36,072 bases of DNA from Akkermansia muciniphila (GCA_945861075.1 CAMATE010000002.1:1-36072), one strand, 5' to 3'. Positions 1 to 8,935 are shown, counted from the stretch's first letter. Made by a program: numbers and translations. Notes: generated by a model from the letters alone, not told the origin.

Positions 1-709
1 GACGTTGACGAGCCTCGGAGCGTGTCACCAAGCGCCCACCGTGAAAGGCGTCGATGAGCCATTCGCCCTGGGCATCCTGATAACGGCACAGAAAATGGCC
101 CGGCATACCAATACCCACCACCGGCAGACCCAGACGACGAGCCACGAACTGATACACACAACACAGCGTGATGGGGATGCCGCGACGCCGATCGATGACG
201 CGGTCCATGTAGCTGTTGTCGGGATCGAAGTACTGCTCGGAATTGCCCCGGAATCCTTGTTCTCCGAAGAGCACCGCATTCAGGGCGGAAACCACTCCAG
301 CCCCATCCGTAGCGGATTCCACCGTGGGAGCCGCCGCCTGGGCCCACCAATCCAACTGCGCCTGATAGGCTTCGATCGGGGCCTCGGGGTTGCGGGTCTT
401 GGCCAGCAGCCAAACGGCCTCTTCGAGGTCGAAGTGCTCCCCGTGGCCGGCGCAGAATTCGAGAAACTCCCGGTCGGCATCGATCCGCGCCTGGGCATCC
501 CACAGTTCCCGAACCCGGGCCCGGATCACCGGATCGCCATGGAGTCGGTGGGCCTTTAACCACGCTTGCGGCCGCCCCTTCGGAGCCAACTGTTTCAGGA
601 TCGACTCGACCACCGCTCCATCTTCATCCGCCAGCAAGGTCAACAATGCCTGCTGTCGGGTGGCCGACGGAACAGGCTCGCTGCCGGTGGTGGATCCATC
701 GAGGCTCAT
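1..709 (-). CDS. SirB1-like transglutaminase-like family protein; N-terminal part only, the ORF runs off the window start
   Basis: Absent from the track because it has no stop inside the window. My minus-strand translation from ATG 709..707 stays open to base 2: MSLDGSTTGSEPVPSATRQQALLTLLADEDGAVVESILKQL...FRGNSEQYFDPDNSYMDRVIDRRRGIPITLCCVYQFVARRLGLPVVGIGMPGHFLCRYQDAQGEWLIDAFHGG. This matches the SirB1/UPF0162 core as I recall it (DPxNS...RxGIPIxL...GxPGHFLxRY). Its ATG overlaps the upstream stop (ATGA at 706-709). The + ORF 5..559 is its antisense shadow. Confidence 0.75.
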   Translation of the reverse strand, partial: MSLDGSTTGSEPVPSATRQQALLTLLADEDGAVVESILKQLAPKGRPQAWLKAHRLHGDPVIRARVRELWDAQARIDADREFLEFCAGHGEHFDLEEAVWLLAKTRNPEAPIEAYQAQLDWWAQAAAPTVESATDGAGVVSALNAVLFGEQGFRGNSEQYFDPDNSYMDRVIDRRRGIPITLCCVYQFVARRLGLPVVGIGMPGHFLCRYQDAQGEWLIDAFHGGRLVTRSEARQR

Positions 710-2091
710 GCAACGTCGAACATCTTTCCGGGATTGAGAATCCCCTGCGGATCGAGCTCCCGACGCAACCCCCGCATCACCCGCATGGAGGCATCGCCCA
801 AAAACTTCGGCAGGAAATCCTTCTTGGCCACCCCAACACCGTGCTCACCGGTGATGGTGCCACCGAGGCGGATGGCCTCATCGAAGATCTCCTGAAAGGC
901 CACGTGAACCCGGTGCATTTCGTCGGTATTCCGCTCATCGGTGAGGAAGGTCGGATGGAGATTACCGTCCCCCATGTGACCAAAGGTGCCAATGCGGAGC
1001 CGGTGCTTCTTGGCCACCTGATCGACGAAACGGATCATTCGGGCCAGCTCGCTGCGGGGCACGGTGGCGTCTTCCAGAATGGTGGTCGGCGACACCCGGG
1101 CCAGCGCGCTGAAGGCCGATCGACGCGCGCCGGCCAGTGCATTGGCCTCGGCTTCCGTAGCCGCCTTGCGAACTGCTAGGCAGCCGTTGGCCCGCGCAAT
1201 TTCCTCCATCCGAGCGGCCTCTTCAGCCACCTGAGCCGGATGACCGTCGGTTTCCATGAGCAGCAGGGCCTCGCAATCGGGGAGCCCGATCTTGGCGTAG
1301 TCTTCGACGCAGCGGAGGGTGGTTCGGTCGAGGAACTCCAGGGTGCAGGGAATGATCTTGGCCGCGATGATGTCGGAAACCGTCTGGGCCGCGGCGTCCA
1401 TGGCATCGAACGTGGCCATCAAGGTCTGCTTGGCAGCAGGCGGCGGAATGATCCGCAGGAGCACCCGTGTGATCACGCCCAAGGTTCCCTCGCTGCCGAT
1501 GAACAAGTCCTTCAGGGAATACCCGGCGACGTCCTTCACGCACTTGTTGCCCGTGAAAAGGATTTCCCCGTCGGGCAGCACGACTTCCAAGCCCATGACG
1601 TAGTTGCGGGTGATGCCGTATTTGAGCCCGCGCAGGCCCCCGGAATTCTCAGCCACATTGCCGCCGATGGTGCTGATTTTCATCGAGCCCGGATCGGGCG
1701 GGTAGAACAAGCCGGCCGCCGCCGCGGCTTCAGCGATTTGCAACGTGGTCGCGCCGGGCTCGGCCAGCAGGGTCAGGTTGGCGCGGTCGACCTCCAGGAT
1801 GCGGTTCATGTGCACCGTGCACAGGACGATGCACCCCGGCACCGGTAGCGATCCCCCGCTCAGGCCCGTGCCGGAGCCGCGAGTGACCACGGGAGTCTTT
1901 GTGCGTTGGGCCAGCCGCAAAACGGCCTGGATGTCGGCCGCTGTCCGCACGAACACCACACAACCGGGTTGCTGGCTCAAAGCGGCCGTACCGTCAAAAG
2001 CGTAGACCAACAAATCTTCGGCGGAGGTGAGGACCGATCCGGGCCCAAGAAGCCCAACGAGTTCAGTGATGATTTCCGGGGAGCAGGCCAT
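706..2091 (-). CDS. glcD: FAD-linked oxidase, GlcD / D-lactate dehydrogenase family
   Basis: 461-aa ORF. It has an N-terminal FAD-binding PCMH-type region (VVTRGSGTGLSGGSLP) and the C-terminal signature GTITGEHGVGVAKKDFL...LDPQGILNPGKMF. No glcE or glcF lies adjacent, so the symbol is less certain than the family. Confidence 0.85.
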   Translation of the reverse strand: MACSPEIITELVGLLGPGSVLTSAEDLLVYAFDGTAALSQQPGCVVFVRTAADIQAVLRLAQRTKTPVVTRGSGTGLSGGSLPVPGCIVLCTVHMNRILEVDRANLTLLAEPGATTLQIAEAAAAAGLFYPPDPGSMKISTIGGNVAENSGGLRGLKYGITRNYVMGLEVVLPDGEILFTGNKCVKDVAGYSLKDLFIGSEGTLGVITRVLLRIIPPPAAKQTLMATFDAMDAAAQTVSDIIAAKIIPCTLEFLDRTTLRCVEDYAKIGLPDCEALLLMETDGHPAQVAEEAARMEEIARANGCLAVRKAATEAEANALAGARRSAFSALARVSPTTILEDATVPRSELARMIRFVDQVAKKHRLRIGTFGHMGDGNLHPTFLTDERNTDEMHRVHVAFQEIFDEAIRLGGTITGEHGVGVAKKDFLPKFLGDASMRVMRGLRRELDPQGILNPGKMFDVA

Positions 2092-2095
2092 GGAT

Positions 2096-2749
2096 TCAGG
2101 ATTGTTTGGAGTTGGCTTTGCGAGCTTTCCACGCTTCCCACACCACGGGCAGCACCGACACGAAGATGATTCCGAGCACGATCACTTCGAAGCGTTTCTT
2201 CACGAATTCCAACTGCCCCAGAAACCAACCCGCCGGCAGGATCAGCCCCACCCAGGCAACGGCTCCAACCGCGTTGAAGAACATGAAGCGCGACCGATTC
2301 ATCGCACCCATGCCCGCCACGAACGGAGCGAAGGTCCGAACGATGGGAACAAACCGGGCCAGGATGACCGTCTTGCCGCCGTACACCTCGAAAAAATGTT
2401 GGGTTTTCTGAAGGTACTCGGGCCGGATGATTTTCGGAAATCTTCGAGTCAGATAACCACCCGCAAACTGCCCCACGGAATAGTTCACCGCGTCTCCGAT
2501 CACGGCGGCGATGATCATCAGGGCTCCGGCCACCCAGACATTGAGGCCTGAAGCCGGGTTGGCCGCCACCGCGCCCACGGCGAAGAGCAGCGAATCGCCC
2601 GGAAGCACCGGCGTCAGCACCAGACCGGTCTCGGCGAAGATGATCAGAAAGAGAATACCATAGACCCACGCACCGTGATCACTGGTGAGTCGATAGAGGT
2701 GATCCTGCAGATGCAGCACCACGTCGAGGAAGGCTTTGATAAGGTCCAT
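2096..2749 (-). CDS. DedA family membrane protein
   Basis: MDLIKAFLDVVLHLQDHL...GILFLIIFAETGLVLTPVLPGDSLLFAVGAVAA and ILARFVPIVRTFAPFVAGMGAMNRSRF are typical DedA/SNARE-associated motifs. The track start at 2779 is TTG; the ATG at 2749 (MDLIK) is preferred. Confidence 0.85.
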   Translation of the reverse strand: MDLIKAFLDVVLHLQDHLYRLTSDHGAWVYGILFLIIFAETGLVLTPVLPGDSLLFAVGAVAANPASGLNVWVAGALMIIAAVIGDAVNYSVGQFAGGYLTRRFPKIIRPEYLQKTQHFFEVYGGKTVILARFVPIVRTFAPFVAGMGAMNRSRFMFFNAVGAVAWVGLILPAGWFLGQLEFVKKRFEVIVLGIIFVSVLPVVWEAWKARKANSKQS

Positions 2750-2782
2750 GCAGGGGCGGTGTTGGCGGTTTGCAGCCAATGG

Positions 2783-3109
2783 TCAGCGACCTTCAGTGAT
2801 CGTCCCAGCCGATCCCCGAACCTCGTCGACTTCCCGCGTCTCCAACCGAATCGAGCGCCGGATGAACACCCAGGCGATGGCCCAAACGAAGGGAAAGAAC
2901 AACACGCCCAGCACCAACCACGACCACGTGAAGCCAGCGACACGCCGCGCCATGAGTTCCGGGGCCAGATAATTCAGGAGCGGCAACCCCACCAACGCCA
3001 CCAAGAACGCACTCGCGCAGAGGATGGACAAGGACAACTGCCGCCGCATCAAACGGTGGAGGAAGGCCTCGGAATGAATGTCCCCTTGGGGATCGGCAGG
3101 GTCGGACAT
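2783..3109 (-). CDS. DUF485-like small two-TM membrane protein
   Basis: 108 aa with an ATG start. The pattern F-HRLMRRQLSLSIL, then TM1, then GFTWSWLVLGVLFFPFVWAIAWVFIRRS resembles YjcH/DUF485 as I recall it. Assignment from memory only. Confidence 0.5.
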   Translation of the reverse strand: MSDPADPQGDIHSEAFLHRLMRRQLSLSILCASAFLVALVGLPLLNYLAPELMARRVAGFTWSWLVLGVLFFPFVWAIAWVFIRRSIRLETREVDEVRGSAGTITEGR

Positions 3110-3271
3110 GGGCTCAGGATGGAATGAAACAGCAACCGCCGTCCAGCAACCCTGCCCGAAATGTCCTACCCAAAAGAGTTAAGCCCCAACGCGGCCGAGA
3201 AACCGTCGCCCAACGAGGCAAAACGCGGTTCCCCCTTGCAGCCAGCCCGGCGACGGACAGAGGCTCACTTC

Positions 3272-5176
3272 ATGGAGTTCGTGCAACGCCTGTGGACAAC
3301 CCTCCTGTCGGCCGCCCTCTGCCTCACCTCGCTCACCTCCCTCGGTGACACGCCTGCCGATCCCAACGCCGCCTGGTTGGCCGAGCATTACACCAAGTAC
3401 GAGCATCGCATCCCCATGCGGGACGGAGTCCGGCTCTTCACCCGGGTGTATGTGCCCAAGGACGATGCCACCACGTATCCCATCCTGCTGACGAGGACGC
3501 CCTATACGGTGAAGCCGTACGGCGTGGACAACTACAACGACCCGGACGGCACCTTCGCCGCGCTCGCCAAGGACCGATTCATCATGGTGTCCCAAGACGT
3601 GCGCGGGCGGTTCGGCTCCGAGGGAACCTTCGTGCACATGCGGCCCTTCCAACCGAACAAGGGCCCGAAGGACACCGATGAGAGCACCGACGCCTGGGAC
3701 ACCATCGACTGGTTGGTAAAAAACGCCCCCAACAACAACGGCAAGGTGGGCATGTTCGGCATCTCGTACCCAGGCTTTTACACCTCCATGGGCATGATCG
3801 ACTCGCATCCTGCGCTCAAGGCGGCCAGCCCGCAGGCCCCGATCACCGACTGGTTCATCGGCGACGACATCCACCACAACGGCGCGTTCTTCCTCTCGCA
3901 GAACTTCGGTTTCTTCTGGTGGTTCGAATTGCCCAGCGAAGATCCCCTGAGGGATGCCGGCCGGAAGTTCGTCTTCAACAACGCCGACGGCTACGACTTC
4001 TTCCTGCGGATGGGGTCGCTCGGGAACTCCGAATCGCTGCATTTCAAAAAACGCGTGCCGATCTGGACCGAGTTTCTCGACCACCCCAACTACGACGCCT
4101 ACTGGCAAGCCCGCAACATCCGGCCGCACCTCAAGAACGTGCGCTGCGCGGTGCTCACCGTGGGCGGATGGTTCGATGGGGAGGACTTGTTTGGAGCCCT
4201 CGAGACCTATCGATGGACCGAGAAGCTCAACCCGGGAATCACCAACCTGCTGGTGATGGGGCCCTGGACCCACGGGCAATGGAGTCATGGTCCGGGCAAT
4301 CGGGTGGGTGACGTCGATTTCCACGTGAAGACCGGAGAGCATTATCGGGAGAAGATCGAACTGCCCTTCTTCCGCCAGTTCCTCAAGGGCGACACCAACC
4401 GCTTTCAACCCGAGGCGCAGATGTTTGAGACCGGCACCCACCGCTGGCGCCGCTTCGAATCCTGGCCACCAGCCCAGGCGGCCGCTCGCACCCTCTACTT
4501 CCACCCGGGAGGCCGACTGGTGCTGGGAACACCCTCACCGGCCGCCGAAGTCGGCCACGACGAATTCCCGAGCGATCCGGGCAAACCGGTTCCGTTTTCG
4601 CAGGAGGTCACCACCGACTACCCGCGTGGGTATCCCACCCACGATCAACGCTTCGCCGCGTCACGCCCCGACGTGCTCGTGTACGAGACCGAACCGCTCG
4701 AGGAGGACCTGACCCTGGCAGGTCCCATCCAAGCTTCCCTCCACGTGACCACCACGGGCACGGATGCCGATTGGGTGGTGAAGATCATTGATGTGTACCC
4801 GCCGGACTTTCCGGACCCGCAACCCAATCCGGCCCACTTGCGGATGGGCGGTTACCAACAACTCATCCGCGGTGATGTGATGCGCAGCCGCTTCCGCAAG
4901 AGCTTCGAACACCCGGAACCCATGACACCCAACCAAGTCACTCCGGTGGAGTTCACCCTACCGGACACCTTGCACACCTTCCGCCGCGGCCATCGGTTGC
5001 AAGTTCAGGTGCAGAGCAGTTGGTTCCCCTTGGTCGACCGCAATCCGCAGACCTTCGTGCCCAACATCGCCCGAGCCCAGGCATCGGACTTTCGCAAGGC
5101 ACTCCACCAATTGCACCGCACACCCCAGGCACCCTCGGCTCTGACGGTGCGGGTGCTGCCAAACAGCGGAAACTGA
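3272..5176 (+). CDS. CocE/NonD family hydrolase (S15 X-Pro dipeptidyl-peptidase-like), secreted
   Basis: Starts at the internal ATG 3272, which gives the signal peptide MEFVQRLWTTLLSAALCLTSLTSLG. LLTRTPY, the nucleophile motif GISYPGF and the C-terminal beta-sandwich (FRRGHRLQVQVQSSWFPLVDRNPQTF) are characteristic of the family. Confidence 0.85.
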   Translation: MEFVQRLWTTLLSAALCLTSLTSLGDTPADPNAAWLAEHYTKYEHRIPMRDGVRLFTRVYVPKDDATTYPILLTRTPYTVKPYGVDNYNDPDGTFAALAKDRFIMVSQDVRGRFGSEGTFVHMRPFQPNKGPKDTDESTDAWDTIDWLVKNAPNNNGKVGMFGISYPGFYTSMGMIDSHPALKAASPQAPITDWFIGDDIHHNGAFFLSQNFGFFWWFELPSEDPLRDAGRKFVFNNADGYDFFLRMGSLGNSESLHFKKRVPIWTEFLDHPNYDAYWQARNIRPHLKNVRCAVLTVGGWFDGEDLFGALETYRWTEKLNPGITNLLVMGPWTHGQWSHGPGNRVGDVDFHVKTGEHYREKIELPFFRQFLKGDTNRFQPEAQMFETGTHRWRRFESWPPAQAAARTLYFHPGGRLVLGTPSPAAEVGHDEFPSDPGKPVPFSQEVTTDYPRGYPTHDQRFAASRPDVLVYETEPLEEDLTLAGPIQASLHVTTTGTDADWVVKIIDVYPPDFPDPQPNPAHLRMGGYQQLIRGDVMRSRFRKSFEHPEPMTPNQVTPVEFTLPDTLHTFRRGHRLQVQVQSSWFPLVDRNPQTFVPNIARAQASDFRKALHQLHRTPQAPSALTVRVLPNSGN

Positions 5177-5280
5177 CTGACCGCTCAGCGGACCGGCTGA
5201 ACAGCTGGGCGACCCCGTTGCTTTCTAGCTTGGCTCGCGGGCGGTATCGGCGCTCAATCTGCGTACTCCCGTCCCGCAGA

Positions 5281-6639
5281 ATGAGCACCGACTCGCCCCA
5301 TTTTCTGTCCCGTGAAGCCACTGTGGCAGGTCCTGGATTTTCACGGTGGCTGGTGCCGCCGGCGGCCATTGCCGTGCACATGTGCATTGGTGAAGTCTAC
5401 GGTTTCAGTGTTTTCAATGAACCCCTGAGCCGACTCCTCGGAGGTGCCGCCCACGATCCCACGCGGGATTGGACCATCCCGCAAATCGGTTGGATTTACT
5501 CCATTGCCTTGGTCCTGCTCGGACTTTCTGCGGCCGTCTTCGGCAAATGGGTGGAGCGCAGCGGTCCCCGCAAAGTGATGGTCGCCAGCGCCACTTGTTT
5601 TTGTTCCGGACTGGTGTTGTCGGGCATCGGAGTGCAGCAGCACTGGCTGTGGTTGGTGTATTTGGGATACGGCGTGATCGGCGGCATCGGGCTGGGCTTG
5701 GGCTACATCGCTCCGGTCTCCACGCTGATGAAGTGGTTTCCAGATCGCCCGGGAATGGCCACGGGGATGGCCATCATGGGCTTCGGCGGCGGTGCCCTCA
5801 TCGGTGCGCCTCTGGGCGTCACCCTGATGTCGTTCTTCAAGACGGCCACCAACCCCGGGGTCGCTTCCGCTTTCTTCACCATGGCCGGACTTTACGCAGC
5901 CTGGATGCTCTTTGGGGCCTGGCTTGTCCGGGTTCCCGCGGCCGACTGGAAGCCAGCCGGTTGGCAGCCCACCGCCTCCGGCTCCAAGGCCGGCCCCGGC
6001 AAGGCGGTCTCGGTGGACACCGCTTGGAAAACGCCCCAATTCTGGCTGCTGTGGATCGTCCTGTGCATGAACGTCAGCGCGGGCATCGGCATCCTCGGAC
6101 AGGCCTCTCTGATGTGTCAGGATCTCTTCGGCGTCAGTGCCGCGGTGGGCGGTGGGTTCGCCGGCTTGTTGTCGCTCTTCAACATGGGAGGCCGTTTCTT
6201 CTGGTCCTCAGTCTCGGACCTCACTGGCCGCAAAACCGTGTACGGAATCTACTTCCTCCTCGGCGCGCTGCTGTATGCGCTGGTCCCGTGGACGCAGAAG
6301 ATCGGCAGCAAATCGCTCTTCGTGGCGGTCACGGCTCTTATCATCTCCATGTACGGCGGAGGCTTCGCCACCATTCCGGCCTATCTCCGGGATCTCTTCG
6401 GAACCCATCAGGTGGGAGCCATCCACGGACGCCTCATCACCGCCTGGTCGCTGGCAGCCATCGTGGGCCCCCAGCTCATCAACTACATTTCCACCGCGAA
6501 GAAAAAAGCCGGAGTACCAGCCGCTGAAGCCTACAACAGCACTCTGTACTTGATGTGCGGCCTGCTGCTGGTCGGACTCATGGCCAACCTACTGGTGCGT
6601 CCAGTGGACGCACGGCATCATCTGAAGACGCAGCCCTGA
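5281..6639 (+). CDS. OFA (oxalate/formate antiporter-like) family MFS transporter
   Basis: From ATG 5281: MSTDSPHFLSREATVAGPGFSRWLVPPAAIAVHMCIGEVYGFSVFNEPL, followed by 12 hydrophobic segments. MGGRFFWSSVSDLTGRK is the MFS loop motif. The track start at 5020 is an upstream extension overlapping the peptidase gene. Confidence 0.85.
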   Translation: MSTDSPHFLSREATVAGPGFSRWLVPPAAIAVHMCIGEVYGFSVFNEPLSRLLGGAAHDPTRDWTIPQIGWIYSIALVLLGLSAAVFGKWVERSGPRKVMVASATCFCSGLVLSGIGVQQHWLWLVYLGYGVIGGIGLGLGYIAPVSTLMKWFPDRPGMATGMAIMGFGGGALIGAPLGVTLMSFFKTATNPGVASAFFTMAGLYAAWMLFGAWLVRVPAADWKPAGWQPTASGSKAGPGKAVSVDTAWKTPQFWLLWIVLCMNVSAGIGILGQASLMCQDLFGVSAAVGGGFAGLLSLFNMGGRFFWSSVSDLTGRKTVYGIYFLLGALLYALVPWTQKIGSKSLFVAVTALIISMYGGGFATIPAYLRDLFGTHQVGAIHGRLITAWSLAAIVGPQLINYISTAKKKAGVPAAEAYNSTLYLMCGLLLVGLMANLLVRPVDARHHLKTQP

Positions 6640-6651
6640 GTTTCGAACGCC

Positions 6652-6825
6652 ATGCAACGACTCCTGTTCATCATCGCCTGGATCCTGGTGATCACCCCGC
6701 TCTCCTGGGGGGTGGCCCGATCGATTCAGCGGTCGATGCCGCTCTTCACGGCGGGGACACCCATCCAGGCTCCTCAAGCCGGAGCAGCAAGCCCCACCCA
6801 ACCGACCGCACCGTCCAGGCCGTGA
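6652..6825 (+). CDS. MFS transporter small subunit-like single-TM protein (57 aa)
   Basis: Below the track size cut-off; translated by hand as MQRLLFIIAWILVITPLSWGVARSIQRSMPLFTAGTPIQAPQAGAASPTQPTAPSRP*. It starts 12 nt after the OFA transporter stop. The W-x-x-V-x-x-PL-x-WGV-x-x-S...MPLF pattern resembles the short proteins found just downstream of OFA transporters (from memory). Confidence 0.6.
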   Translation: MQRLLFIIAWILVITPLSWGVARSIQRSMPLFTAGTPIQAPQAGAASPTQPTAPSRP

Positions 6826-6866
6826 TCGCGTCGAAAACCTTTCTCCCACCTCATTCAAACCTACCG

Positions 6867-8222
6867 ATGAAAATCCTCACTCCACTCCTGCTCGCTTCCG
6901 CCCTGTCGCTGACTGCGGTGGCCGCCGAACCCAAACACAACACCGCCCTTCCCGGCGGCAAACTGCCCAAGCCCGTCAAGCTGTCCCTCGTGAAGGTCGC
7001 TGGCGGCTTCGTGGACCCGGTCCGCGTTTCTTTGGCTCCGGGCGACAACAACCGGCTGTTTGTCTGCGAACGAACCGGCGTGGTGAAACTCATCAAGAAC
7101 GGCAAGGTTCAGGACAAGCCCTTCCTCGACATCCACGAAACGGTGGTCAGCTCGTTCCTGGAGCAGGGCCTCTACGACCTCGAATTTCATCCGAAATACG
7201 CCGAAAACGGCAAATTCTACGTCCACTACTCCGACATGTGGTTCAACGGTGCGGGCTTCATCGTCGAGTACCAGGTCTCCAAGACCAACCCCGACAAGGC
7301 TGATCCGGAATCGGCCCGCGTGGTGTTCCAAATGCCCCGCCCGTACGCCAACCACAACGGCGGCGAGATCGCCTTCGGCCCGGATGGCTACCTGTACATC
7401 GGCAGCGGCGACGGTGGCTGGGAAGGTGACGTGCTGGGTGCCGGCCAAGACCTGAGCACCTGGCTGGCGAAGATCCTGCGCATCGATGTCAACCCGTCCC
7501 AACCCGACCGCGGCTATTCCATCCCCAAGGACAACCCGTTCATCACCCCCGGCTCCCAGATGAAACTCTTCGGCGTGACCGAGGAGGCCTTCAACAAGAT
7601 CCACCCCAACGCGAAGCCGGAGATCTGGAGCTACGGACTGCGTAACCCGTGGAGTTTCCAGTTCGACCCGAAGACCGGCGACATGTACATCGCCGACATC
7701 GGTCAGAACCACTTCGAAGAGGTCAATTTCGAGCCCCGCGGCAAGGCTGGCGTGAATTACGGCTGGAAGTTCATGTGCGGCACGCACCCGTTCCCGCTGC
7801 CGCTCGACGCCAGCGGCAAGCCCGATCTCGACGCGGTCAAGGATGCTCCGAAGGTCGGTGAGCCGCCGATTTGCGAATACAGCCACGTAGACCAGGGCAA
7901 CTGCGTCATCGGCTTCGGCGTGTACCGCGGCACCAAGTATCCCCAGATGGATGGCACGTATTTCTTTGGCGACTGGGGCTCTGGCAAGGTCTGGGGATCG
8001 GCACGCGACGCTCAAGGCAAGTGGCAGATGCAGGAACTGCTCAACTCCAAGCTGATGTTCACCGGCGGCGGCCAAGGCTCCGACGGCACCCTCTACGTCA
8101 CCGACGCCAAGGCCAACTACGGAGGCCCGGCTGACCCCGCGCAGAATGAGCGCGGCGCGGTCTGGATGCTCGTGCCGGCCGACAAGGTACCGGCCGGCGC
8201 GGAGGTGGCTCCTCTGGAGTGA
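6867..8222 (+). CDS. PQQ-dependent sugar (glucose/sorbosone) dehydrogenase family beta-propeller, secreted
   Basis: ATG 6867 gives the signal peptide MKILTPLLLASALSLTAVAA. HNGGEIAFGPDGYLYIGSGDGG, GLRNPWSFQFD and YIADIGQNHFEEVN are typical of the soluble GSDH family. The track start at 6555 is an extension. Confidence 0.85.
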   Translation: MKILTPLLLASALSLTAVAAEPKHNTALPGGKLPKPVKLSLVKVAGGFVDPVRVSLAPGDNNRLFVCERTGVVKLIKNGKVQDKPFLDIHETVVSSFLEQGLYDLEFHPKYAENGKFYVHYSDMWFNGAGFIVEYQVSKTNPDKADPESARVVFQMPRPYANHNGGEIAFGPDGYLYIGSGDGGWEGDVLGAGQDLSTWLAKILRIDVNPSQPDRGYSIPKDNPFITPGSQMKLFGVTEEAFNKIHPNAKPEIWSYGLRNPWSFQFDPKTGDMYIADIGQNHFEEVNFEPRGKAGVNYGWKFMCGTHPFPLPLDASGKPDLDAVKDAPKVGEPPICEYSHVDQGNCVIGFGVYRGTKYPQMDGTYFFGDWGSGKVWGSARDAQGKWQMQELLNSKLMFTGGGQGSDGTLYVTDAKANYGGPADPAQNERGAVWMLVPADKVPAGAEVAPLE

Positions 8223-8260
8223 TCCGCCAGTCGCAGAACCCTTCTCAACTCACACCGTCA

Positions 8261-8299
8261 CCCGGGGGCAAAGCTCAGGCTTGGCCCCCGGGCCTTTTT
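8261..8299 (+). terminator. Rho-independent terminator after the PQQ dehydrogenase gene
   Basis: CCCGGGGGC (8261-8269) pairs perfectly with GCCCCCGGG (8284-8292). An inner AAGC/GCTT stem carries a TCAG loop. The hairpin is followed by CCTTTTT (8293-8299). It begins 39 nt after the stop at 8222. Confidence 0.75.
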
Positions 8300-8332
8300 G
8301 GGGATCTTATTGCCGCCAACCAACTGAACGCC

Positions 8333-8935
8333 ATGTTCCGTCCATTCGCCCTCGCCTGTGTCTTCGCCAGTGCTTTCACGCTGACTCCGCTGCTTCGAGC
8401 TGCCGATGCCCCAGCGCCCGCCGCCGGTCACGACCACGGTGCACCCGCCAGCGAATCCAAGGCGGCAGAACCCAAGGAATCGATGTTCCTGTCGGTGGAT
8501 CCCAAGGAACCAAAGACCGCCCGACTGGTCGTGGTCTCGGCCTACAACTCGGTGAACTACGGGATGAACTTCAACGGCTTCGCCAAGGGCGGGGCCCGCT
8601 ATACCATCCCGCAAGGCTGGACCGTATCGGTGGTTTTCACCAACAACAGCCCGGTGCCCCATAGTGCCATCGTGGTGGAGAAGCCCGTGGTGAAGAAACT
8701 CCAGATGGGCGAACCTGCCTTCAAGGGAGCTTCCACTCCTTACCCGGTCCGCGGCACCACCGGCAAGGTGGGTGTGCCATTCCAATTCACCGCCGACGAA
8801 GCCGGAGAATTCGCCATCGCCTGTGGCTTCCCATCCCATTCAGCCAATGGCCATTGGATCGCCTTCGATGTCAGCGCCACGGCGACCGCTCCCAGCCTCC
8901 AGTTTGGAGACAAGGCCCCTTACGTGGCCCGCTGA
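8333..8935 (+). CDS. Sulfocyanin-like cupredoxin-fold protein, secreted
   Basis: ATG 8333 gives the signal peptide MFRPFALACVFASAFTLTPLLRA. NYGMNFNGFAKGGARYTIPQGWTVSVVFTNNSPVPHSAIVV and the C-terminal GEFAIACGFPSHSANGHW resemble the sulfocyanin (SoxE-like) blue-copper layout with C-x4-H-x4-[M] spacing. Confidence 0.65.
   Translation: MFRPFALACVFASAFTLTPLLRAADAPAPAAGHDHGAPASESKAAEPKESMFLSVDPKEPKTARLVVVSAYNSVNYGMNFNGFAKGGARYTIPQGWTVSVVFTNNSPVPHSAIVVEKPVVKKLQMGEPAFKGASTPYPVRGTTGKVGVPFQFTADEAGEFAIACGFPSHSANGHWIAFDVSATATAPSLQFGDKAPYVAR

Noticed and set aside
5-559. 184-aa + strand ORF at the window start
   Set aside because: The translation is R/G/H/P-rich with no recognisable motifs. The opposite strand in the same span encodes a clean SirB1-like sequence coupled to the upstream gene. 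It is an antisense shadow.
3179-4504. 441-aa minus-strand ORF inside the S15 peptidase gene. The same applies to 6861..8075 (-), 5341..6039 (-) and 5469..6527 (+).
   Set aside because: These are long open frames opposite or offset to confidently identified genes. Their compositions are dominated by G/R/V/A/P/H, as expected from high-GC antisense frames, and they carry no family motifs.
5020-5280. Long N-terminal extensions in track ORFs (5020, 6555, 8219, 8854, 13287, 17427, 18253, 21472, 26033, 3161)
   Set aside because: In each case an internal ATG gives a proper signal peptide or the canonical family N-terminus and removes overlap with the upstream gene. The extensions are R/P/G-rich read-ins.
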